Below are positions 50,028-61,825 of a DNA stretch of 64,000 nt, piece by piece. A model generated the notes under the pieces. It did no database searches, was not told the DNA's origin, and saw only the letters and a program-made list of their open reading frames with translations. Source of the stretch: Cercozoa sp. M6MM (lineage: Eukaryota > Protista > Endomyxa: Ascetosporea); the NCBI GenBank assembly GCA_040357565.1, contig JBDODJ010000048.1; one strand, 5' to 3'. Within the stretch, counting starts at the first letter, position 1, and each line of letters begins with the position of its first letter. Position numbers and translations under genes: made by a program.

Positions 50028-51131
50028 ATGGGCTTTCTTTTTTCCAAGCCAAAAAAGCAGAAGAGGGAGACGCCGGCAATGTCCGAGCAAGTAACTTGTC
50101 AGTGCTTATGTATTAATCCTTTTGTGGCGTAAGGTAAATTTCCCCTTTACTTGCAAAGGACCGAGCAGTGCTGGATTTGAAACGGCAACGAGATCGACTC
50201 AAGAAGTATGAGACAAAGGTCAGGCCAACCGAATCGACCATGGAGGTGGGGATGTGTTGTGTGTGTCGTGTGCGTAGATTGACCAAGTCGCAGTGCGCGA
50301 AAAGGAGATGGCGAAACTACTGCTTTCACAGGGTCGCAAAGATCGTGCTCTGCTGTGTCTCAAGTATCTCTCCTTTACTCAGTCATGCTTGACTTGGGAC
50401 TTGACCTTTGTGGATTTAAACAGGAAGAAAAAGTACCAGGAGCAGCTTCTAGAGCGAACTCGAGGGTATACCATGCTGATGCTCACTTGGCTGTGTGTGT
50501 GTTTATTTTGCACGATGTGTTCCTGTAGTCAACTACTGAATGTCGAGCAACTAGTCAATTCGATCGAGTTTGCCTCCATGCAAAAGTACGCTGACTTTGT
50601 TCGGATGTTGCTCAATTCCGGTCGTGAATCAACGTGTTTGTCGTGCGCACAGCGAGGTGTTCCAAGCACTCAAGGACGGCAACACGTGCTTGGAGGCACT
50701 CAACGCCGAGGTCGACGTTGAGGAGGTCTGCTGTTTCTGGTTCTGTTTCTGCCTTTGTGTGTTGTTATCCTGACTGGGACAACAGGTCGAACAACTGATG
50801 GAGGACACGGCCGACGCAATTGCGTACACCAACGAAGTGAGTGAGGCACTCGGACAGAAACTCTCCGAGGAAGACGAGGACGAAGTCAACGCTATGTTTG
50901 CTGCGCTCGAGGATGAGGTGCGTCTTACTGTCATTCCATATGTGTCTGGGACATGTTGTCTGTCTTGTGCACGTTCAGATTGCGCTCGAGGACGAGCAAG
51001 CTCTGCCGGAAGCGCCAGTCACCAATGTGACCACACAGCCTATGACCACAGAACAAGTGACTCCAGTCGAGGGGGAGGTGGAAGTCAAGCAGCAGGAGGA
51101 AGAAGAAAAACCGGCGCTTGTTCTCGCATGA
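50028..51131 (+). CDS. VPS20: ESCRT-III subunit VPS20/CHMP6
   Basis: Myristoylation-type start MGFLFSK; SEQDRAVLDLKRQRDRLKKY; GRKDRALLCLKKKKYQEQLL; QLLNVEQLVNSIEFA; MIM2-like LPEAPVT. Confidence 0.94.
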
Positions 51132-51618
51132 TCGGGACTCGTGTTACCGCGATCATAGACTCGACTAGCACCGTGGGGTCAGCGAGTGGTGTTTTGATTC
51201 TAGTTTCTGTAAGCCAAGCCTACGCTACGGCCTGCAACTATAAACAGAACTGATCTTGAAAGATCAATTTCAACTGAAGCAAACGAAAAATCAATAGGCT
51301 AGTCTAGTGAGTAGATAGACTGTCTGCGGGCTGCACGCAACGTTACAATTCAAGAGGAGCATGTCGCAGTGTCTAATACGCCGCTCGGGCCCAAGGGCAC
51401 CATTTGCACTTTTTGCCACTTTTTGCACAATCGGGTCGATTCGCTCTGACGGGCGTTGGAACCATCCTGTGTTTTGGCGCCAATAACTTGCAGCCGTTAT
51501 AAACTGCTCCTACCAGGAGATCGTTCGTGCAGGTCGTAAGTACGCTCGGACGCGTGCAAGAGACTTCCTTAACTTGCAAGGATCGGTGCGACGGAACAGG
51601 TTGTGTTGACGGAGAATC

Positions 51619-54600
51619 ATGGCGTTGAAACTCCTTGCCGCACTCGCGCTCGGCTTTTTCCCTGTCGTTCTTGGAAGTGAGGAACTGGGCTTCACAAATG
51701 GTACGCAGCTGACATGAGCTTTCCCCTAAACAACTTGAGAAAGGATACCCTGCTCTCGTGTTTTTGGCTTGCAGTGGAAATCATTCAAACGAGTGACTAC
51801 GGACGCGTGCTCGTGTGGAATACCGTGCCTCCAGGAAACACCAACGAAATGTACCTCTTGAATTCCAACGGCAGGACCGATTTTGCGAACTGCCGCGAGG
51901 CACCGCCATCGGATCTGATTCCAGCCGATATCGACTGCGCAGTCGTGCTGTTTGAGGACGGTAGTTTTTTGTTGTCTTTTGTCTTTTGCACACAACACCG
52001 CTCCAACTTTATTGTTTTTCTTAGACCAAACGTCGCCGTGGGACAACAGTATTTATGACTTGGCCACGTACACATTGGGTAGACTCAACTTGCTAACCGA
52101 CCCTTCAACTCAATATACAGAATTAACACACTCGCTTTTTATGAACAGGACGAAACAACAAAGATCCCTACGAATTCGACTACCAAGCCATCTCCCTTTA
52201 CGAGTGTATCTTCTAGCTTTGTTTTGTGTGAATTCACTGCCTCCTTTGAGTCAACGAAAATACGGTTTGTTTTTAGCGCCTGAGTTCTCGTTCGGTCCTG
52301 CAGTCTATGGCAGCAATCTCACCGTCATGCTGGACGATGACAGCACGGGTCGCCACTTCCTGTCGTTTCGCTACCGCGTACGTTCACTCAACAAAAAAAG
52401 TGATAACTTAGTGCACTAGTCGGGTTTCATTTTGAAACACAGGCCAAGGTGGTCGAGTCGCGACTGATCGACGGCGACTGGGTCGACTCGGAGTGGACGA
52501 CCAGCACTTCCAGTCTGGTACATGACACACGCGATTGATTCATACATTGTGTGCTTGTGTTGATGTCGTTCCTTGTGTTTTTGGCAAACAGATCACACCA
52601 AGAGAGTGCCAGGAGAAACGCAATCTCGGCGTGCACTTGCGCGACTTTGAGTTTCCGTTAGATGCGTATCCGATGAAAGTGACGGTCACGATAACGGTGA
52701 TTGATGAGGCGACGTCTGCTGCCTTCAATACGACACAGGAGGTCCAAGTGCGCAACACTCCGGGTTCGTTTTCGCTGCTGCAGTCTGGGTATGTGCCGGT
52801 GAATGAAGAGAGCGGTTACGTTGAACTCGCCTGGTCACTGCACGATAACCTGGTACCCTAGTATTGTGGCGAAAACAAAATACAATCTGTAGTCTTGCAA
52901 CGACTGTGTGTTGTAGACTGGAGAGAACGCCACGTCCTACGTTTTGAAGTACACGCGAATGGCTGACCTGGGCGACAGTTCCACCGAGAGCGGTGTCTTT
53001 GCTTTGCCTTCCGGGTCGATCACTCTCGTCGAGGATGACTACCAAGGACAGACTGTGCCAATGAATAAGTTCCAGGGAACGTTGAGTCTGACACACGGCT
53101 ACACGTACATTTTTTTCTGCACACAAATGTATCCAAAGTAATCACATGCACTGTGTGTGCTTTGCAGTTTTGACGTGCGTATCGTTGCTTTCAATGACTA
53201 CGGCAGCACTTCGACCGAATCGGCCCTGATCGCGGTGGGCACTAAACCGTCGCCCGTCCAGGTAGTCAAAATTACGTCCTGACTTGTTTTGCTGGATTCT
53301 TGGGTGTGTAACTTAGGACCACAAATATGTTGTCATCGACACCGGCGATGCCGACAATGCATTGGTATCCTTTCTTTTCAGTGTCGCTGCTGAAATAACT
53401 AACTTTGACATCGCCGTAGGTGGAAACGACCTGGTTGGCCCCTTGTTACTCGGGAACTGTTGATCGACCTGTTTTCTACCGAGTGTATCCTCTCTGTCTT
53501 GAGTTGCTGATTGTTGTGAATGTGATTGGTTTATTCTCCTCTCGCAGTTTGCAAGACGGTGTAGTTGTGAAGCAGCAAAACGAAACATCGGCCAGTCTCT
53601 GGGTGCCTCACAATTCGACGTTCTTGCTCAGCGTTCGTGCCGTCAATTTCATCGGATTCTATGACGAATCTTCTTTTTCGGTATCAGGAAATTGTTCGTT
53701 TTAGTTTCCGACCTGTTGTTCCGTTTGTTTGATTGTGTTTCTTGGTGACTAAATGACGCAGGTGGACACGGCTGATGTAGATGTTCGCATCCAACTGAGC
53801 ACATCAGTTATCACATACATCAATGCTTCAGCGCCGAATACTCTCACGATGAAGTTTGAGCCCATTGAATATGCCGAAAAGTGCTCCTTGCTTTCATTGT
53901 CTTTGATTGCTCTGTGAGTGAGTATTCTCGCCTGAGTGTGCAGGTACGTCGCTCGAGTGCGTCCGGTGGGTGTTGAGGCCTGGCGCTCACAGTTTGTCTC
54001 CCCGACGGAAGGCGATGACATTGCTGCCGAATTCTCCGACTTGGCTCCCGGAAAGTACCAGGTGCAGGTTGCTGGTACACTCTCTCATTTTTAGTTCCGT
54101 CATGATCACTGGGTCGCTTGTTTTACAATAAACCCGACTGCAGGAGTGCGACTCGGTCAAATTGGCGACTTCTCCGCCGACGTGTTCCAGAACGTGCATG
54201 CGGTGCCACTGAGCGTCGAAGGACTCGAGTCACAGATCGACTCTGAACTGAACTTTGTAACCTCATTTACTATGATCAAACTGAACTTGTATTTTGCTTG
54301 TGAAAGGTGAATTTACTCAATCACGTTTGGTTTATTTGTGCTTCCAGTTGTTCATTTTCTGGGACGGATGCGAGGGCGACGCCGAAGCGGCTGAAGTGCA
54401 GTGGCGCGATACGACTCTTGACCTGCCTGCTCAAACTGTATCATTTTCCCTTTTTGGTTTCCCTTTTGACTCACTGGCGTTTTCTTGGGTCAGTTGACCA
54501 CTCGAGAGAGCTTTGTCCGCGTACCGGGAGCTTATGATGCCGAGCATGAATACGCCGTGCGTGTGCGGTAAATTTGTTTTTGTATCTGGGTGAAATTGAT

Positions 54601-55219
54601 CGGTGGCAGTGTTACCTGAGTATAAATGTAGGTGCTTGAACCCGGTCGGGCTCAGTGCTTGGACAGAATGGGGCTTTGTCACCAAGGAAACACTCGATCC
54701 GGACGATGTGCGAGTCATCAAACCCGAAAATCAGGTCGAAACACCGGCGAAGCCGTCGAACGACAACTTCCTTCTTGTCACGGTACTGACAGCTTTCAGT
54801 TTTTTTTTCGTTTCAAAATTGATACCTTTTTTGCAAACAATGCATGCAGCTTCTCGTCGTTCTGTCCTTGCTGTGCTGTGTTGGACCAGTGATGTACTTC
54901 ACACGCCGATACTTCAAGTACTGCTGCGTTACTTCTGCTGGTTTGACTTCACAATTTCTGCTATGTGTTCAGGATGAAACGCAATGAGAAGGCTGATATG
55001 GAGTTGGTAGTTTTTGCTTAGACCTGCTTGGGGTTGTCCCTGATTTATAGAGGGCATTTTTTGTGCATTCAGAACGACTGGGAACTCGAGAACGAAGCTA
55101 TCGTGTTCGAAGAGACCGAGATGGAGGCTGAGATCCAACTCGAGGAAGCAACTGACGCAAATCACGCCATCGAGGTTCGCGAGTACGCGGACGAGGAGTC
55201 ACCTGGTGACTCGCACTGA
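51619..55219 (+). CDS. Type-I membrane protein with several fibronectin type-III-like repeats and an acidic cytoplasmic tail
   Basis: Signal peptide MALKLLAALALGFFPVVLG; FN3-like strands (VELAWS, FDVRIVAFNDYGS, LSVRAVNFIGF, FSDLAPGKYQVQVAG, RCLNPVGLSAWTEW); TM helix at ~54770-54900; E-rich tail. Confidence 0.7.
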
Positions 55220-55635
55220 GCTTAAGCCAGCTCCCACTCAACCATGCTACATTCGAGTCAACCAGTCTCGTCGTAGCAAGGACGGCGCGGACGAAGCATA
55301 TATACCATAAATTTACCGTCCGCCGAGCCCGGTTTCTTTGGGACCTTTACCATACAGTAGTCATTGATTGCTAAGTCCGGCTGTCAGAAAACGAGCTGCT
55401 GTCCCTAAATTTAGTCATCCATCTCCTGCTCTTGCATTATCAATAATTGTTTCCCAGCGAACCAACGCAAGACCACCACCTGCATTTTTGACCAACTTGA
55501 TCTGCGATTGGTAACAGTGAACAACTCAGTCTCGCTGCAAAGCGCATCAAACAGCATTGTTCACTGGTTTGGAGTTGGCGTCGTTCTTTTCGACCAGCAC
55601 GTCTTGGAGTTGCATGTCATTTCGCAGGAAGGAAC

Positions 55636-58572
55636 ATGGGAACCTGCGAAAAGAAGTACGTGTACACAATCGACGATGTTGAGAACATTCAAATCGTTGG
55701 AGACAACAACAGCATTGATCACGGAATCAGCGAAATTGACAGTTTCAGCGAAAATCAAAGCGCAATCAGCGGCGAAAGCGACACCGAAGTGCGTTTGCTC
55801 GCAACTGACGGCCGCGACCGCACTGTGCACATCGGAAGTGACGATGATACAAGTCTGGTCTGCAAGAAGATAATTCTTGGCCGGCCACTCGAAAGTGATA
55901 CCAACAGCGAAGCTGAGTTGGAGGCAGTGAGTCTCAAAATTCACGATGCCATTGAGTTGTCTGGATTTGGTTTCTTTCAGGTAGACTGTAAATTTAAAAC
56001 AAGTCGTTCATGCGAAGTATTACAAAGATAGTCTGATGTAATGAACAGTTGAAGATCCTGGCGCTAACTGGCATGTGTTGGGCGTGTGACGCGATGGAAG
56101 TTCTGTTGTTGGGTACTGTACTGTATCATTGTATCTGCTTGATTGGCGTAAAAACAAACCTTGACACTTGTGTTGTTCAAACAGGCTACATAGCTACTCC
56201 TGTGCAGCGACATTTCGGCGTCTCGGCTGCGAAAACTGCTCTTCTAGGGAGTGGTAACTTTACTGAACTTCAGCTTTTGTCCATTAACTGAAATACCAAT
56301 GATCCCTTAAGATTTACAACCCTGCCCACCCGTTCTTCCTTTACCCCTGGGCAGTCACGTTCCTTGCAATGATGATTGGAGCTTTCATTTTCGGGTTTGG
56401 TACTGCATGTTGTTGGACTGAACTAGTACCAGTGCATCCAGAGGTTAAAAAAAACTCTGCTCCCGGCTCTGGTAGTGGCCGACGCTCGTGGTCGACGTTT
56501 CGCTTTTCTGCTGTCGGTCGCACTCACTGCAGTTTGTGTTAGTTTCTCTGTTGCAACATTTACTGAGAGGGAAAAAAAGAAAGAGCAATGTGCAGGGACT
56601 CGTCGCTGCGGCTGCAACTTCGTTTGTGCAGCTGCTGCTTTGTCGAGCAGGCGTTGGGGTTGGAGTAGGAGGAACCCACCGTACAATTTTTTCTGTACCT
56701 TTTCCAAGAATAAAGGGAAAAACTGGCTTGTGTTGCAGTGGCAGCTACCATCTTGGCCGAAGTGACGCCTTCTCGACACAGGCAGGCTAGTTTATACTTC
56801 TTCCTTGGTCAAGTGGATAATTTGACCTGACTCCCTGGATGTTCAAAGAGCGCTGTGCACGGTGATGCTGGCGCTGTTTTGGGCCCTCGGCGCCGTGTTT
56901 GAAAGTGGACTGTCGGTGCTCACTTTGGGGTAAATAAACTTACACTCGCTGTGTCCTCTTCTTTTCTTATGTGTGAGTTGATTGTTACATGCAGGAAACA
57001 CGACAAATGGCGCTTGTTTCTCGCACTCTCAGCCTGTAGAAATCGCTTTTCGTTGTTTCATGCAACAGCTAGATTTGTAGTTAAGCTTGACGTCCGTCAG
57101 GTCCCTCTTTCCTGTTGTTGTTGGTCTCGATGTTCCAACTGCCGGAGTCGCCTCGATACCTTCTCAAACACAGGGTGAATTTACAACTAAAACAATGGCA
57201 TTCTTTAATGGTAGTAATTGTCTACATTTCGCGAAGAAAAACGAAGAAGACAGAAGGCCAGAGAACCTCATCCATCAGATCGCGAAATGCAACAACACGA
57301 CTGACATGCTGCCTCACGAGTTCTCTCTTGTAAAGTTACACCTACAGTTTCCTAAACTTATTGTGATACTATAATTTAGTTTCTGAAAGGTTTACTTAGG
57401 CTGAAAGTGAGACACGCAAACTGACACTACGAGTTGTCACCAACATGTCAGCCTTCGCACGCTTCTTCCTGCTGGGTATTCCATGCTTTGTCCAGGCCGG
57501 GATCGGTAGTCTTTGACTCTGCTTGACCGTGTTTTCAGCTCTCATGATGTTGTGGAGCGCATCTGCCTTGTTCTACTACGGCAGCGTGTTTATCAGTTCG
57601 GTCTATCCGGAGGTAAGATTCAATCTGAAAAGACTCGATGTGCTTTGAGAGAAGCTGCTGCTTTCAGAGCGCGTTGGCGGAGTTTGCCGCACTAATGCTG
57701 GCCGCACTGTTGCTGCGTGGTGTCAAAATGAGTCGGTGTCGCACAATGTTCTTCGTCGCTTTCGTTGGGTGCGTGCTCGCTTTTGCGACTGCATCGGAGA
57801 CCAAGCTTGGGCATGGCGACAGCTACAGTGACACAGGGTACAAACCGATACCACTTGTAAGGGTCTTGCAGGAAAGAGAAGTATCTACTAACGAGATAGA
57901 CTACGCGTGTGCTTGTTTCTCCTTCGAACACTGGCCGCCTGTGTCTTTCAGTACAGTTCAAAAACCTTCTCACTTTGTGGTGTTCTTTTTGTAAAAGCGT
58001 GTTGTGAACGAAAAGAGTTCCGTTCATTTACACTCCCGAGATCTGCCCGACTGAGTGGCGAGCAGCCTTCTTAGGTCGCCTTCCTGTTTATCAGCAACTA
58101 CTCTTCGTGTGTTATCTGATGAAACACATGGGCAGGTACAATGTCGTCAGTCGCACGACTAGGTGCTATGGCGGCACCTTTGCTCGTGGCAACTGACGTG
58201 GTAAGCTTTCAGTACGAAACTCATCAGATTTAAATTTTCTGCCCTGAACTCTCGTCGACTTGCAGAAGACAGCCTGCATGTGCTTGGGTGCATCAGCTCT
58301 GGTGATCACGCTGTGCTCTCGAATTATGATGTCACATGACACCCATCACAATGACCAACTGCACGAGGGTACTGCCTGTACATGTGCTTTGATGTGCTGT
58401 ACTTGTATAAAGGCAACCTTTAGGCTCGCAATGTATATTCCTCGCCACGTCGGATCCGGATGGTGACCGTGACGATGAGCTTGAGAATGCCAGTATGTCG
58501 ATCGAGGAACAGGCGGTTAGTAGTGAGCAAGTCGAAATGCACTTGCTGCGCACGCCTACGTCACCCTATTGA
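55636..58572 (+). CDS. Major facilitator superfamily transporter, SVOP/SV2-like
   Basis: AIELSGFGFFQ|LKILALTGMCWACDAMEVLLL; ADARGRR; EVTPSRHRALCTVMLALFWALGAVFE; LPESPRYL; FIYTPEICPTEWRAAFLG; ARLGAMAAP. Confidence 0.88.
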
Positions 58573-58798
58573 CTAAAACCGGACGAGAACTGAACGAATC
58601 ATGACTGCCTGATTCATTCAATAAAACAATTTCTGATCTCGACGGGGCCGGACTGCCGCCGACGAACGACAGTTAAATACTGTAGAATTCGAAATCTAAG
58701 TACAGCACTGTATGGATCCGGATGCGCTGCGCTGTATCTTGATTGCAGCTACGAGGCCACTATAAATTTACATGCATAAGCGATGTGCACTGCACTAG

Positions 58799-58868
58799 TA
58801 CAGTAATTTACGTTCCAAGGGTGTATTATTACAGTAATTTACGTTCCATGGGTATGCTTTACGGTAAA
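58799..58868. repeat. Intergenic tandem repeat, ~31 bp period, ~2.3 copies
   Basis: TACAGTAATTTACGTTCCAAGGGTGTATTAT / TACAGTAATTTACGTTCCATGGGTATGCTT / TACGGTAAA. Confidence 0.8.
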
Positions 58869-59004
58869 CAACTAACTGTAAACGACGTACCTGCTTGCCT
58901 ACGTTAGTCGAGCACTTTTTTCGTTTATCTGCCAGTGTCTGTTACTGTAAAATCGGTCAACAAGCGACTGTCAGTAGGCGCACGGCGGCAAGATCAGACC
59001 TTAC

Positions 59005-59809
59005 TCAGCTCTGGGGTGCCGGTGCAGGTTTGTCGGACCAGACCGCCCACTGTGCAGAGCACACGCAAATTGATTATTGAAAGACAATGTCTGCTTCGCC
59101 AGTGCTCAGCCAGGCCAATACCTCGTTGCCACTCGGATCGGCAAAGTGGAAGCGTCGTCCGCCAGGAAACTCAAAGATCGGCTTCAAAATCCTGAACTTG
59201 AGGGATCAGCACTTCAACAACATACAACGAGCAAAAGAAACGAGAAAGCAACTCACTCACTGTTGCCAAAAGCCGTCACCTTTCCGAGTGTCTCCTCCAG
59301 GTTCGCGCTGTAAATTATCTGCAAATACACACACACAAATAGTAAAAACTCGTGTACCTCTCCACAGTAGTACCAGTGTGACATAAAAACCAAAGCACTA
59401 CCGGCAGAACAGCCCCCGCAGAGACGCGACTGCTGTTGTCCTCGGCCGACTGGAAGAAGCCTCCGTCAATACCACCTTCAGTACGCGAGAAAGCCGCGTA
59501 TCCCTAGAAATTCAACACAGGTACTGTACTTGCAAAGCGGCCTCTCTATCCTTCTCCAAACCAATCGTTTACCTCACCAAAATCAGTAAATTTCCACCCT
59601 GTCACAGAGCCCGGTCGGGGTAATGGCAAACAACTTTATACTAATGCAGAAATACTGTACCAAAAACGCCTGCAAAGAAGGCTTTCGTATCGGCAAGGCG
59701 GCGACACGGAACCTCGAGATAGTCGACGCCGCCGCTCACCTAACACACCCGACTTGCAGTTGCACGAACGATCGCCAAGGAAATACAAACTCACGTGACC
59801 AGCCGCCAT
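59005..59809 (-). CDS. VOC (glyoxalase/bleomycin-resistance) family protein of bacterial type, 7 exons, 132 aa
   Basis: GT-AG introns at 59740-59794, 59599-59660, 59504-59572, 59319-59401, 59192-59256 and 59050-59121 give MAAGHVSGGVDYLEVPCRRLADTKAFFAGVFGWKFTDFGEGYAAFSRTEGGIDGGFFQSAEDNSSRVSAGAVLPIIYSANLEETLGKVTAFGNSEILKPIFEFPGGRRFHFADPSGNEWAVWSDKPAPAPQS. Not captured by the ORF track. Confidence 0.9.
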
Positions 59810-60131
59810 TTTTACACCGTCTTTTTGTGTTCCAGACTCAGACTCAGTACTTTACGGGACACTTTGCACTGCACGACACTGCAAATGAGCACGGCAATAC
59901 CCCATCTGCAAAATACTGTACTGTGCAACAGATTCTACGTAAAATAAGAAAACGCAGGTGCGTGTCAATACCGTTTTCAGCTCACTGGCCGCAGCAAAAC
60001 TTGCATTAACTTGCAATAATCTCCAAAAAAAACTGTTTTTGGGACTGTAAATAAATACATCATTCAAGAAAAGCTGCAAACTGCACTGTACTGTACCGTA
60101 GCTCTTTGCACGATCACATTTGCAGCATAAG

Positions 60132-61600
60132 ATGAGCCTGCCGCCCAAGAACCCGTACGCCGAGGTAGAGTGTTTTGCTAGTTTTGTTTCCGATGAGTCA
60201 TGATGTGTTTTTGCAGCGTTTCGCTGTTTTTATCATTTTGTGCTGACTTGTGTTTGTTGTGCAGGAGCTGATTGCTACTGCTCGCGCTATTGCTGCGCCG
60301 GGCAAGGGCATTCTTGCTGCTGATGAGTCGACCGGCACGATCGGCAAGCGCCTAGCCGCCATCTCGCTCGAGAACAACGAGACGAACCGTCGCGCCTACC
60401 GCGAGCTGCTCTTCCGTACGGAAGGCTTTGGCCAGTACTGCTCGGGCGTGATCCTGTTCGACGAAACGCTGCGTCAGAAGGCCGAGGACGGCACGCCGCT
60501 GGTCGAGCTGATCAAGGCGGCCGGCGCCATCCCGGGCATCAAGGTCGACCGCGGCACCCGTGCGCTTCCGTACGCTCCGGGTAACTCTGCTTTCGCTCTG
60601 TGTGCACTGATGTACTCTTATGATCCCTGTGGTGTTGTTGTTGCAGGTGAGACCTACACGCAGGGCATTGACGATCTGGACAAGCGCACGGCCGAGTACT
60701 ACCAGCTGGGTGCTCGCTTCGCCAAGTGGCGCGCTGTGCTTAAGATCCAGGTAGCTTCTCTTCTGATTGTCGCCCTTCCCATTTGCCTTTTCCCTTAGCC
60801 TATCCTTCTCTATCCTTCTCGCTTATCCTTTCCTTTGCCCTCATCTTATCCGTTACTCAATTTTAATGATTTAACCTGTGTGGCGGTGTTTTTAGGACGG
60901 CCGTATCTCGACGCACGCCATCCAGGAGAACGCGTGGCTGCTGGCTCGCTACGCGTCGATCTGCCAGATGAACGGTCTGGTGCCGATCGTCGAGCCCGAG
61001 ATCCTCATGGACGGCACGCACTCGCGCGACGTGTGCGAGTACTGGACGGCCAAGGTGGTGTCGGCGTGCTACAAGGCGCTCAGCGACCAGGACGTGCTGC
61101 TCGAGGGCACGCTGCTGAAGCCGAACATGGTGCTGCCCGGCAAGGAGAACACTGAGCCCAAGACCTTTGCCGAAAACGCTGCCGCCACGGTGCGCGCGCT
61201 GCGTCGCTCGGTGCCGGCTGCCGTGCCGGGCATCACCTTCCTCTCCGGCGGTCAGACCGAGGAGGTAGCACCTGTCCTTCTTACCCGGCTCCCTATGCCC
61301 TGATATTTCCGTGCACTCTGTTGAACACAGGAGGCCACGCGCAACCTCAACGCCATGAACGCCGCCTCGGATGAGGAGGTCGGCACGCGTCCGTGGTCGC
61401 TCACGTTCAGCTTCGGCCGCGCGCTGCAGCAGTCGTGCATCCTCACCTGGAAGGGCCTGCCCGAGAACGTCGCCGCCGCGCAGGAGCAGCTGCTCATCCG
61501 CATGAAGGCTAACTCGCAGGCGCAGCTTGGCCAGTACCAGGGCGATGCCAAGAGCGCCGGCGGTGACGCCGACCTCTACGAGAAGGGTTACACCTACTAA
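60132..61600 (+). CDS. ALDO: Fructose-bisphosphate aldolase class I (5 exons)
   Basis: [74 protein letters not shown]-terminal YTY*. Confidence 0.97.
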
Positions 61601-61825
61601 GCCTCACCGACTGCAGAAATTTGGGTGGCCGAGTCGCGTGAGAATTTACGTTAGTATGTTTACGTGAACTAAAACCGACGGAACGGAACGAAAGGCGGGT
61701 AATCTAACGACGCCACGATCGGAATTGAATGATTGATAGAAAAAATGGGACGAGGGTACTGCAAAACCTAAATCCGATCGGATCAGCTCAAAAGTCGAGT
61801 ACATCCGACCGCAGCGACAGAACGC

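Noticed and set aside
4309-51131. Trafficking genes (VPS36, alpha-SNAP, p24, VPS20) as a functional cluster
   Set aside because: Spread over 47 kb among unrelated genes; consistent with chance.
58799-58868. CRISPR-like array
   Set aside because: Only ~2 adjacent units with no unique spacers, in a eukaryotic context with no cas genes.
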